A stretch of 64,000 bases of DNA from Hypanus sabinus (lineage: Eukaryota). The position numbers and the translations under genes are program-made. Below are positions 1 to 12,272 of this stretch, in pieces. The notes beneath the pieces are model-generated. The model was not told the origin of the DNA. It made no database searches and saw only the letters and a list, made by a program, of their open reading frames with translations. The stretch spans positions 165,354,001 to 165,418,000 of the forward strand of contig NC_082710.1 in NCBI RefSeq assembly GCF_030144855.1, written 5' to 3'. How positions within the stretch are numbered: the stretch's first letter is position 1; the number at the start of each line of letters is the position of its first letter.

Positions 1-559
1 GATACATTACAGGAATAACTATTTAATTGCCACGTACATTTCACAAAAAGTTTTCAGGGTGTTAATTATAGACGACGATAATCTATTAATGGAAACCAAA
101 GTGATAGCGCAGATGACGTTTTATTAGTCTGGGTGAAATTACAGAAAGAGACAAAACCAATGAAGCATTTGCAAGATAAAAGTTATAAAAATACTACCGA
201 CAAGGACTAATTTATGGCCAATTATTTTGGAACGCAAATAACAGAACACATTGCAATTAAGGAGTTCATATTGAAATTAACTACTTTACATTGTAACTAA
301 ATGTGATTAGACTCGGATCAACGATTTTAGATTTTAATTGAGAAGTTTCGAATATGTTCGAAGAATGCGGGTTGCAATAAATCCGATTAGAATGCAATCG
401 GGGATTTTATATTAAAATCAGAAGTCAGGTCGAGTTACAGTACTGCATTTCAATAGAATTCAGACTGTGATTGGCGAAGTAAAACGGCATTCAAACACAT
501 AAATGATAACCAATTGTTTTGTGTTACAGAGACGCGGCAGTTAGACGCTTCTCCGCTTT

Positions 560-1095
560 TCACAGTGGCCAATTTATTAGGGACAGGAGGTACCAGAAAG
601 TGGCCACTGAATGCATTCTGCTGTAGTCCATCCACTTCAAGATTCGACAGGTTGTGAGATCAGATATCCTCTTCTACACACCACTGTGGTGATTAGTTTA
701 TATTGCCTTTCTATCAGCTTGAATCAGTCTGGCCAATCTCCTCTGACCTGTTTCACTAACAAGACATTTTTGCCCACAGAACTGTCGTTAACTTAATGGT
801 TTCCTTCTATTGTTGGCTTTTGGCAACATTCTCTGTGAACTCTTTACACCTGCGCGTGAACATTTCAGGGATCGACAGTTCCTGAGATAGTCAACCCATC
901 CCGGCCTGGCACCAACAACCATTCCACAGTCAAATCACTTAGATCACATTCCTTTCCCATTCTGAAGCTTGGTGTGAACAACAATTAAACCTCTTGATCA
1001 TGTATGTATGTTTTTATGCATTGAACTGCTGCCAAATGCGTTATCTGTATTAACGAGCAGGAGTTCAGGTGTATGTAATAAAAGGGTCAATGAGC
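560..1095. mobile_element. Degenerate Tc1/mariner-type non-autonomous element (MITE)
   Basis: Imperfect terminal inverted repeats cagtggccaatttattagggaca (~562) and tgtatgtaataaaagggtcaatga (~1071-1093); no transposase ORF. Confidence 0.55.
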
Positions 1096-3329
1096 GTCGT
1101 TTGTAATAGTGCAAATCAGACAGCTTGTAATAGCGTTTAGATTTGTCACAAACTTGTGATCTTGACACCGATAAAGTCTTACAGACTGACTTGTTTTTAT
1201 GGGACACAGGTTTTCCCGAAATTCCAGCTGGTGCGATGCGCACCTGTCCAATGTGTTACGAATCACCCCGACATCTTTTGGCAAGCGACATGCCTGACAT
1301 CTATGGAATTGTCTCAAGTGCGTGGGTGGAATCACTTACCGATTAGACCTTGACCCAGGTGCAGGCCGGATATCGCGACGATCCCGAACAAAAAACTGAG
1401 GTTAACACCGATCAGAATTTCTCTTCCAGGCAGCAAGAGGCACCTCGCTCCTCTGTTAGAAAGGATGAATAAAGCGGCCCGCCTGTAAACCTCTACCATC
1501 ATTATCAGGGACTTATGTACAGTGAAGCATGCCCAGGGTTTGGAAGGAAATGGCAGGTACTGCAAATCTACAATTAAAACAAAAATAACGTTGAGAACAC
1601 TCAACATGTCAGGTTGCGCCTGTGCGGAGAGAAACATTAACCCTTTCCGTTAGGCTGACTGAAACATTAAACCCATTTCCACCTGACCTGCTGAATGCTT
1701 CCAACATTTTCTGTACATTCTGCTGACTGATGCCTTCACCAAAGAATATGACAAAAAATGAAAAGTGAATTTAAAGTACGTATGTGTTTGTTTATCCGGA
1801 TTTAATCTTGAGTCCATTAATGGGGGGAGGGGTTGCTGCGACGGTGCCTGGACCGTGGGGTGTTTCGGCACTTTGTGAGACAACCACTACTCCAAGTTCC
1901 CCATCCCCCCACCCCCCACTGAGTCTCCGGGCCAATGGGGTTAAATGTCAGTCACGCAGATTTCCACCATCGTGGTGGGTGGATTAATATCTGAGGTTGA
2001 GGGAGGGAAGTTTGTTCGGAGCGGACGGCTGAAGGTTCGGAAATGCAGAGCAGCGTGGGGTGGGGGGGGGGGCGAGTTCTTATTTTTGGAGCGGAGAAAG
2101 AGACGATGGGCTGCGGTATTTGTCTGAAAACTGCAGCGAAGCCAAGAAACCGCTACGCCTAGTAAAGCTCTCAAACAGGGATTCAAAATGAGGTCGTTCC
2201 GCACAGACACCGAGCTTATCTTGATGAAAATGAGCACTCTGGTCTGAGACAAAGAAATACAGCTGGCAGCGTCGGAGTGGGGGTCAATTCGATCTGTCAA
2301 TACCTTGCTTCCCATCAGTCCCCTCACTTCAATTTCGTTTCTGGGTGAAGCGTCAGGGGCTTTCTACACAGATTACTACAGCCAAGGAGGCGGCCATTTA
2401 GCCCACAGGATCCGTGCTGGATCAAGATCGAATCAATTAATCATTTTTTCTCGCAGATTCCCCTCTTTGGGACAGCCCTTCACGGGAAGATTTCCCAACA
2501 CGGATAGTCCATAATCAGACGAACATAGACGTAAGTGAACGTTGCATTTAACAGGGTGGAGTTGGGTGGAATTAGTAAACACAAAACATTCAGCAGATGC
2601 AGAAAATCCACGAGTTGCGTTATCTATAGAGGGCGAACGTTCAAAAATCAACCATTGGTCTTATGCATTAACATGTCTCCGGAAATCGCTGTGGCGTGTG
2701 TGTGCGAAATGCAACAGAAACACAACATTCGGGAAATATAAAGAAGCAAAATAATGAATTATTGAGTTGCCTGTTTATAATTTATATTATTTTACGTTTG
2801 ATGTTGTCCATGTCTTCTAAAGTGGCGTGCTACGGCTACAGAAAGCTAATTTTTATGAGATGTTTTACACTTTGTAACTCCACCGTGGACGGGCCCAAGC
2901 TCGGCTGCGAAATGAGAAGAGTGGGCATGGTACCGTCCCGTAAAAGCCCAGAGCCCACAGAAACGTCAAATAAAACCCCAGAGACCTCATCCCTACGATA
3001 GGACGAATCTTCGCAGATGGGTTGCAACTTTAAAACCAATATTCACTGCTCATGAACTTGTGACATGTCCCTTCATACATTCGATTCAGCAAACATTCTT
3101 ACAACTCAGATCATGACTGGTCTTTATCCAGTAAGCCCATAAAACACCTGAGGGTCTGTAACACACGACCTAGCCCTTCGATATCCAGTGCGGGCCGGAT
3201 ATATCCACGCCAGCACTTACGCCGCATACATCCCGCCTTTCCTCGTCTGAGTCTATCAGTGCCCACCCTTTGTAACGAGACTGCAGATGCTGGAATATGG
3301 AGCAACACAGAAATCGCTGGAGGAATTCA

Positions 3330-3570
3330 ATTGAATTGACTTTATTTCTTACATCCTTCATATACATGAGAAGTAAAAATCTTTATGTTATGTCTCGATC
3401 TAAATGTGCAATCTGCAATTTATAATAATTAATAATAAATAGTATTACAACAGGACAATCATAATAACATAGAAATACAATTGTATCAGTATGAATTAAT
3501 CAGTCTGTTGGCCTCGTGGAAAAAGCTGTCCCGGAGCCTGTTGGTCCTGGCTTCTTCATGCTGCAGTACC
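3330..3570 (-). mobile_element. Rex1/Babar-type LINE 3' end fragment
   Basis: ORF 3486-3668 contains ARTNRLRDSFFHEANRLINS, the C-terminal motif of this RT family; same 3' UTR as the copy at ~43990-44200. Confidence 0.65.
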
Positions 3571-3579
3571 GTTTTCAAA

Positions 3580-5185
3580 GAACCATAGAACCATACAACA
3601 TTATAGCACAGAAACAGACCCTTCGGCCCTTCTAGGCTGTGCCAAACCACTTTTCTGCCTAGACCCACTTACTTGCATCTGGACCATATTCCTCCGCTCC
3701 CCTGTCATCAATGTACCTGTCCAAGCTTTCTTAAATGTTAAAAGTGAGCCCACATTCACCACTTCATCTGACAGCTCATTCCACACTCTCAGCACTCTCT
3801 GTGTGAAAAAGCCCCCCCAAGATCCCTTTAAACTTTTCCCCCTTCACCCTTAACCCATGTACCCTGTTTTTTTCCTCCCCTAGCTTCAGTGGAAAAAGCC
3901 TGCTTGCATTCACTCTATCTATACCCATCATAATTTTATATACCTCTATCAAATCTCCCCTCATTCTTCTACACATCAGTGAATAAAGTCCTGACTTATT
4001 CAACCGTCCTCTGTAACTCAGTTTCTCAAGTCCCGGCAACATCCTTGTAAACCATCTCTGCACTGTTTCAACCTTATTAATATCCTTCCTGTAATTAGGT
4101 GACCAAAACTGCTAACAATACTCCAAATTCGGCCTCACCAATGTCTTCTACAACCTTATCATAACATTACAACTCTTAGACTCAATACTTTGATTTATAA
4201 AGGCCAATGTAATGTTATGTACCCCATAACTGGGTATCAGACCTGCAAAGATAGAAGTTTCCGTTGGAGTCTGGTAGTACTATATTCAAAAGTGTTTATT
4301 AGTAAAGTAAGCAAAACAATACCAATAATGCAAACATACATATAACACAAGTTAGCAATAATAAACCTAAAAGTGTAGAAATATTAATAAGCAATAATAA
4401 ACAAGCTCTATCGATGTCTAGGGGTAAATGAACTGTCATAGAAAAGTATAAAGTTCAGTTCAGTTCATGCGTGCTGAGGTAGGTATAGTTGTGTAGCAAT
4501 CGTTGAAGAGAGAGAGAGCGCGAGCGAGATGTAACAGCTGCAGCAGGCAAACCTTTCCGTGGCTTTTTGATTCCGTTGCACCGTTGTGTTCATTCAGCTA
4601 TGACCCCTCTGTCCTTCAGCTGGACCGTTCTTCTGTGGTGGACTCGTCACTCTGGCATGAGTGGACACACACAGAACTCCCCACCAGTCCTGCCGATACA
4701 CTGAGAGCTTTACTGACCGATCTCCTGGTTCGGTCTCTGAAGCCCCCACCTTACGGTTGGTTCTACAACAGTCAGTCAGTGTCCACTGGTGTGTCTGAAG
4801 GGTGTCTCTCCAGACCTGTCTTTTATCCCTACTAACGGGGTCTCAGCTATCAATCAATTCTGAATCACTGTGTCCATCAAATCAGGCCACTCCCGCTGTC
4901 TCCTGAGGAATGTTAACGACCAAAATAATGTCCTTGCAGCGAAAAGGTAAATAATCCAGGAAGAGTCACAATACAATAAATCAACAGTCTCTCTCTCTCT
5001 CTCTCTTATCTGTAGCAGATGTTCTTGCCTGTGTTTCATCTCTCTCTCTGCCATGAGCAGCATAGCAACAGTAATAGTTCATGGTTCTCGGGGGGGGGGA
5101 TGGTTAACTCTGCACCCCATTGTCCATCAGGTCTGTTCATCACTCATAACAGTAACAAAAGCTTTCTTTACGACCTCTTTAGTAA
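3580..5185 (-). mobile_element. CR1 LINE 3' fragment, split by a solo LTR (4213-5151)
   Basis: ORF 3776-4063 (RRMRGDLIEVYKIM) and gaaccatagaaccata tail; CR1 sequence ggccaatgtaa resumes after the LTR as caaaagctttctttacgacc. Confidence 0.85.
4213..5151 (-). mobile_element. Solo LTR (Gypsy-like), 939 bp
   Basis: TGTTATG...CATAACA termini; 4-bp target duplication GTAA at 4209-4212 and 5152-5155; AATAAA on the minus strand near 4296. Confidence 0.85.
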
Positions 5186-6409
5186 GTATGACCTCTTTAG
5201 CTCTCTTTAGTAAGTATGCAGATGATACTAAGGTAGATGACATTGTAGATAATGAAGTAGGGATAGCTTTCAGACATGGAGACACATTTTAGCACTAGAA
5301 ATTAAGGAACTGAAAAGCTCTGTGTAATTTTTAAAGCACAGGGTGAAACAGAAAGCCTTTGTATAATAAAGTAATATGAAAAGTATTTTTTAATTTTTAT
5401 GGAACTTTATAACGTGGGGAAGGAGGACTTGTGGAATATTGCTGGAATATCTCTAGGTACAGAGTCACGTCCTGTGGTCTTGTGCAGACAGATTTCTGAA
5501 ACGTCAGTATTATGGAAGAAGTATGTCAGTGTGATGTAGATGAAGGTTTGATTTTTCCTTACTGGTCACCAACAATCTGTAAAAATCCAAATCTGAGTAA
5601 TAAGTGGATGTCACCATGAAGGTTATCACCTTATCAGGATTGTTTTAAATATGATGTGGATGGTACCTTTAGCACTGACTGCTCTGTCAGTTTTGTTTTT
5701 TCTATTTTTTGTTCCACTCCTACCTGTTATCTGATTACTCACCTTTATTTTTATTCAGACACATGGTGTGGGACCACAGTGACTGGTTGGTGCTGCAGTT
5801 TCTGAAGTTAGCATTCAAACCACATTGAGCTGCATAATCTCCACAACTGCCTTGACAATGGGACAAAACTTATTGGCAATATAAAAAAAATCTTTTTTGT
5901 TCTCCCATGGGGACTTGTCCCTTCTCGACTGTAATCCCTCTGTGCTGTATAATCCTCTATAAATCTTTCCCTCATCTCTGGAGGTAGCTACAAACTGATT
6001 AGATTGCTACATCCAATCTGTTGTAAAATCCTGAAACAATGAAATGCATCTGAATCCTGTCATATTTTTCTACCTCTGTAAAACTTACTGGTTGAGCCAC
6101 TGGCTGCGGGCTTCAGTTTTTGTTAATGGGCACAGAGCCAATAGTAGATCATTAACACCATCAAGTTCCCATGAAAAAAAAATTTTACTACATAAAGGCA
6201 ATGCATAAATGCAAGCTCTGTAAAATTTTCAAACTCTACTCATGTTTCAAATGTCCTGTAGTAACTCTCTCCCACCCAGTTTGGATGGAAAACCCTCATT
6301 TCATATCTTAGTCATGTTAAAATGGCTAGAAGAGATTGAAAGGGGTTCTGTTGGATTCATGAAGTCATGGAAATTACTAAATGAGGAACTCTGGCATTTC
6401 TTGAGCTGT

Positions 6410-6795
6410 ATTCCCTGGAGTTTAGGAGAACGAGGGGAGGATCTCATAGAAACATTCCGAATGTTAAAAGGCCTGAACAGATTAGATATGGCAAAGTTAC
6501 TTCCCATGGTAAGTGCTTCTAGGATAAGAGGGCACAACTACAGGATTGAAGGACGTCATTTTAGAACTGAGATGTGGAGAAATTACTTTAGTCAAAGGGT
6601 GGTAAATTTGTTGCCACAAGCAGCTGTGGAGGCCAAGTCATTGGGTGCATTTAAGTCAGAGATTAATACGTTCTTGATTAGCAGAGGAGTGAGGATGACT
6701 GGAAGAATTGGATCAGCCCATGATTGAATGGCAGATTAGACTCGATGGGCTGAATGGCCAACTTCTGCTCCTATATTTTATTCTCTAATGGTCTT
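6410..6795 (+). mobile_element. CR1 3' fragment shared by both arms (counterpart ~60345-60765, -)
   Basis: ORF 6242-6727 GEDLIETFRMLKGLNRLD...FFSQRVVNL. Confidence 0.8.
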
Positions 6796-7263
6796 AAGCA
6801 GCAGAAACAACAAAGCATGGAGTCAGAATGAAACCGGGTGGGAGAAACATTTATCAGAAAAATACACAGTGATGAAGGAAGAGAAATCAGAAGGAAATTG
6901 TTTATAGAGATACCTTGCAGCTAGCAACAAGTGCAAGATGTGGGGGTGAGAGTAAACACACAAAAACAAAGTTCAGAGACAAGCTCCATAAATTGGAAAA
7001 AAGACTACAGAGAAACTCATGAAATTATGACAGAGGTGTCATCCTGTTCTTGCAATTCCATCCAATCTGACATCCAGGCTGTGTTGAAAGCACCCGGGGG
7101 TGTGGCAACTTGCATGTGTTACAGCTACTTGGAGCCACAGGTGAGAGCTGAGCACCAGGTGGGGACAAAGGTGGACCAGCTACCCTGAAAAGTGCACGGC
7201 AGGCCCCCCACCAGAGGTGCTACCCCTCACTAGACACCCGATACAGGATAAAAGAACTCTTAA

Positions 7264-8750
7264 ATGAGTTCATGTGGAGCAATCGATGCTCCAAGCCTAC
7301 ACCGGTATCTGTCCTCCTCTCTTCTTACGTTATATCGACGACTGCATTGGCGCTGCTTCCTGCACACATGCTGAGCTCGTCGACTTCATTAACTTTGCCT
7401 CCAACTTTCACCCCGCTCTCAAATTTACCTGGTCTATTTCTGACACCTCTCTCCCCTTTCTAGATCTTTCTGTTTCTATCTCTGGAGACAGCCTATCCAC
7501 CGATGTCTACTACAAACCTACTAACTCCCACAGCTACTTAGACGATTCCTCCTCCCACCCTGTCTCCTGCACAAATGCTATCCCTTTCTCTCAATTCCTC
7601 CGGCTTCGCCGCATCTGCTCTCAGCATGAAGCCTTTCATTCTAGGACAAAGGAGATGTCTTCCTTTTTTAAAGAAAGGGGCTTCCCTTCGTCCACTATCA
7701 ACTCTGCCCTCCATCGCGTCTCCCGTATTTCACGCACCTCTGCCCTCACCCCAGCCCCCCGCCAGCCCACTAGGGATAGATTCCTCTTGGTCCTCACCTA
7801 TCACCCTATCAGCCTACAGATCCAACGTTTAATCCTTCGCAACCTCCGCCACCTCCTACGGGATCCCACCACCAGCCACATCTTCCCCTCCCCCCCCCCC
7901 ACTCTCGGCTTTCCGCAGGGATCGCTCCCTACACGACTCCCTTGTCCATCCATCCCCCCCATCCCTCCCCACGGACCTCCCTCCGGGCACTCATCCCTGC
8001 AAACGGAAGAAGTGCTACACCTGCCCCCACACTTCTTCCCTCACCACCATCCTAAGCCCCAGACAGTCCTTTCAGGTGAGGCACCACTTCACCTGCAAGT
8101 CAACTGGGGTAATATACTGTATCCAGTGCTCCCGATGTGGCCATTTATACATTGGGGAGACACGCCGCAGATTGGGAGACCGTTTCACCGAACACCGGCA
8201 CTCAGTCCTCCAGCAGTGGCGGGATCTCCCTGTGGCCACACTCTTCAATTCCACAGATCACTCCCACTCCGATATGTCTGTCCATGGCCTCCTCTACCGT
8301 CAAGATGAGGCCACACGCAGGTCGATGGAGCAATACCTTATCTCCCGCCTAGGTAGCCTCCTGCCTGCCGGCATGAACATCCAACTCACAGACATCCGTT
8401 GATACCCCCGCCCCGCCCCCCTTACCCCATCCCTATCTATAATTTTAGTCTGGTTCTCTTTCTCTCTCTCCCCCCCCCCCCACTATAATCTCCCCCAGCC
8501 CTACCTTTTCTCTTTTATTTCCCATAATTCTCCACCTTTCCCCAGCCCATTTCCATCCAACCTATCACTTCCCAGCTCTCTACTTCATCCATCCCCCCCC
8601 CCACTTCTTATCTGCCCTCGACCATCCCATGTTACTTCACTCCTGACGAAGGGTTTCAGCCCGAAATGTCATCACTACCTCCTCCCATGGATGCTGTCTG
8701 GCCTGTGTTTTTTTATTTATTTCTAGCATCTGCAGATTCACTCGTGTTGC
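7264..8750 (+). mobile_element. 5'-truncated Neptune-type Penelope-like element (RT C-terminus, Cys linker, GIY-YIG endonuclease, 3' terminal repeat)
   Basis: ORF 7274-8308 LRYIDDC...PFLDL; linker CKRKKCYTC; ORF 8076-8402 VIYCIQCSRCGHLYIGET; the two frames join across the poly-C at ~7890; 7-bp TSD CTCTTAA at 7257-7263 and 8751-8757; empty site in the right arm at 59463-59469. Confidence 0.92.
8638..8675 (+). ncRNA. Degenerate minimal type-I hammerhead ribozyme motif in the Penelope terminus
   Basis: CUGACGA-A-GGG(UUUCAG)CCC-GAA-AUGU-C; helix I does not pair, so probably inactive. Confidence 0.5.
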
Positions 8751-9535
8751 CTCTTAAGTGACCTCATTTAGATCCCACCATGATCAATTTAGATTTTTAT
8801 TCCTTTTCTCTGTATCAGAGCATCACTGAGAAAGCCAGTGTATGTTACTCATCCTTAATTGCCCTTGAGAAGGTGATGGTAAGCATAGTCAGATCAGGTT
8901 GGTATTGCCAGTCAGGCAAAGGCAGAGAGTTTGCCCTGTCTTGTGGGTTGGAACCATGCGAATAAAGTTTGTGTTGTGCAAGATGTGAAGAGTGGCCACA
9001 ATGCCAAGACCAGAAATGGGACTCATTTTGTTGAATTTATGCAGAATAGTATCCCTTAAGTTGTTCATAAGAAGAGCCAACAAGCATTGCAAAAGCTTCC
9101 TTCTGCAGTCATAAGCTGACAAATGGTGCTCAACGTTCTGAAGTGAAGGAATATCCCAGGGAGTGAGTTTGTGTGTGTGCGTGTGTTGAACACCACATTG
9201 CCTCCTTGGGATACTGTGTGGCATGGCACAAAAGGGGCTGGTACAAGGGTCACAAACTTTACAAAACACTGTATTTTATAGTCACTGAGTTTCATGATGC
9301 ACACAGCACACATATTGGAATGTAGGCAGCTTTCTCTTCAGTTCAAGAACTTGATTTGAATTCCTGCTCAGGAGGTGGTATAGTCTCACTCCACTAATGA
9401 TTGCCAAGAGGCAGTGAGACCATACCTGATTGGAAAAAAAGCCAGAGATACCATTAACAAAGACAAGCATGAGACCAAATATTGTGATGGGATATTATCA
9501 GGGACTACACTGTGTGACGTAATATTCAAGAGTAC

Positions 9536-9656
9536 CGGCCTTCATTGCACTTTGGTTCTCTCTTCCAATACATCACGAAGAGGATAACTGTGATGAAAGC
9601 TATCAGAGCAATGGTAGCAATTAAATGAATGTGTAATGGCCTCAAAGCCTTCTGAC
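9536..9656 (-). CDS. Gene L transmembrane exon (CD2/SLAM-family receptor)
   Basis: Acceptor atcccttttcag, donor CG|GTACTC; 121 nt, phase 1 to 2; encodes GQKALRPLHIHLIATIALIAFITVILFVMYWKREPKCNEG; 120/121 nt identical to 58527-58647. Confidence 0.8.
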
Positions 9657-10714
9657 CTGAAAAGGGATAGACATGAATTGTGATTTTGTCTACGTGTTAC
9701 TACACAGTGAAGTTAAATTAAACTTGGCTTAAAATAGGAAATACATCAGATTGGTGAGGTGAGAGCTGAAAGTGATTTATAAGATCACAACTGGTTTATG
9801 CAGGGTAAAATGAGGGATGCTGTTCCCATAACTAGATCCGGGGTTACAGGAAGAAAGGGTAAAAATAGGGAGGGGCTAGCAGATGAGATTGATAGAGGTG
9901 GCTGTGATCTGTAGCACATTATCTGTATGAGTGATTAATGCAAAATTCAATCAGAGCTTTGAAGAACAAAACAGAAATAACCTACCATTTAAAGAAGTTA
10001 TTCATTACTGAGGAAGGAAAGGGGAGAATTGGATCACCTGATAATACTATTAGAATCATGCAGTAAAATGGCTTCCTTCTGCACTGTAAAGTTCTGCAGG
10101 GAGAAGACAAAAACACTTAAAATGAACAAACAGCAGATCTGAACATTCTACATCTTGAACCTGTCCTCAGAATGAACCTTTCAGAATAAGAATTATCTAG
10201 CCAATTCTTCCCTCATCATCCTGGTACATTAAAAAAATCATTAAACCAAGTTAATCACCAATGGAATTCTTCCTGAAAGAGAAAAAAAGTGGTACAGTTG
10301 AAGAAAATATGGGTGGCGGCGTATAACGCCAAGCATCTCAATTGATTCCGACCAAGGATTAGACTAAATGACAGAGGAGCTGAATGAAGCCATTCAGCCC
10401 ATTGATATGCTGCACCATTCATCATGGTGTTTATAAAATTTTCCCTCTCAACTCCATTCTCCTGCATTCTCTTGTAACCTTTGAAGCCCTTACAAATCAA
10501 GGACCTATCAACCTCTACTCTAAAAATACCCAACGGCTTGGCTTCCATTACCATCTGTGGCAATGAATTTCACAAATTCACCACACTCATTCAGCATTCA
10601 AATGACCTCTATCGCTGACTTTATTTTTGACAATATTTCTTACTTGTCCTCATTTACTGAGTTTATGGGACAGCATGATACCAAAGTGCCAGTGTAAGAT
10701 TATTAAAGAGGCAG

Positions 10715-10860
10715 TGACCCAGGTTTATTTCCTACTGCTGTTTGTGAAATGTTTGCATGTTCTCCCCATGCCTATGTGAGTTTCCTCCTGGTGCCTTGGT
10801 TTCCTCCCAAATTGCAAGGTGGTTGTGTGAGTACGGTAATTCCTTCCATGGGTGTAATGA
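10715..10860 (+). mobile_element. HE1/V-SINE-like tRNA-derived SINE fragment (also in right arm ~57340-57470)
   Basis: tttgcatgttctccccatgcc...gtttcctcctggtgccttggtttcctccca matches the recognisable core of this SINE family. Confidence 0.6.
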
Positions 10861-11981
10861 GCAGCACAAACTCATTTGGACCAGAATTCTACATTTCTAA
10901 AGAGATCTAAATTATAAAATTTCCCCATGATTAGTAGTTCAGATAATTTTTTTCTGCCATGTTCAAGGCAATCAAAACTAAATTGCTGAATCTGATGGTT
11001 TAAATATTAGATAGAGTCTGTAGGTTAATTAAAAATATTTTATTTCAACCCAGGATTGAGCCCAGAGAAAAATAAAGCCACTAGTTTAAAAGCAGAAAGT
11101 CAGTAAGACCATAAGATCATATGACATAGGAGCAGAATTAACTCTGTTTTCACTAACCTTTAACCACTCCATTTAAAAAATATGTTCCCTTCTATTGCTT
11201 GTGCCTTTTGCCTTTTATCTGTGGCTGAAAGCCATGAAAACTTCTGCTAATGGAAAAATAACAACAATATATTAAGGTGGATAAACGTGGGTAGCCAACA
11301 CCTTTTCCCAGACAAAAAGAGTGGACGGCTAATCCGAAATGGCTAATATAAAAGGGCATAATTTTATTGTGATTGGATCATACTAGAGTGCAGATATCAG
11401 AGATATGTTTTTTTTACACAGAAAGTGGATCGTGCATGGAATGCATTGTCTGGGGTGATGGTACAGGTACATACATTAGAGACACAAATAAGATTCTTAG
11501 ATAGACACACGGATGAATGAAAACTAGATGACAATGTGGGAGGAAAGAAGGTCCTTTACTATGTTAAGGTTTGCTGGCATATTGGCCACTCTCACCACTA
11601 CCGTCCTTTTAGATTATTTATTGTCTCAATTATACCTCAGAGAATTTGTGAGTCTGTTTATTAAGACATGCACAGGCAGGTGAAGGAGAGATGAGCTCAA
11701 ACATGAATCTCAGTTTCAGAGTGGTTTCAGTGGTGTTGGACTTGAGTGATTCTCACTTTTTGCAGTCAAGCTCTGACGGACCCATAGAGGGGCCAGAACG
11801 AATAGGGCACCAAGGATACGTCTGGAGCATTCTGCTCAGAATGCATGTTCCTAAAAATCATAGATCTGTCTCAGACCTGATCTGATCTATTGTAAGTATA
11901 TTGAGATTAGAAGAGAAAAGGAATAAATAATGGTTAATTTTTAAGAAAAAATTGTGGGGTTTGTAAAGGTAATGGACCCAC

Positions 11982-12272
11982 CTTCTGTGACTAGACAGAG
12001 CCTTCCTACATCCACACTTGAAGATGCCTCACTGACAGGGTTCCTCACTGTGCAGTTGTACACTGTGTTGTTATCATTCAGCCTTAAGGACAATTCCAGA
12101 CTTCTCCCTCCATCAGTCAGTACATGTATCTCATCGGTCATGACCTCATCACGTCCTGTCCACCAAGTGTAAACTGGCTCCGAGCCACGCTCCAGTAAAC
12201 AGTGCAAACTGATGTTACATACTTCATCTGAGATGAATTGGGCTGTATTTATTACAGGTTTTGACACACTTT
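11982..12272 (-). CDS. Gene L IgC2 exon (CD2/SLAM family)
   Basis: Acceptor ttcttataaatag, donor G|GTGGGT; 291 nt, phase 1-1, open; VCNISLHC...W...YNCTVRNPVS...LC four-Cys pattern typical of SLAM C2 domains. Confidence 0.9.

Noticed and set aside
1340-1452. Hydrophobic exon as the TM or cytoplasmic exon of gene L
   Set aside because: Gene L's TM exon is at 9656-9536. This exon starts in a compatible phase 2, but a second hydrophobic stretch without Tyr motifs does not look like a SLAM tail, and gene R has no counterpart.
11691-11885. Identical 64-aa ORF in both arms (MSSNMNLSFRVV...) as a small antisense protein
   Set aside because: It is antisense to the receptor genes, has no recognisable motif, and its identity follows from the 221-nt nucleotide identity block.
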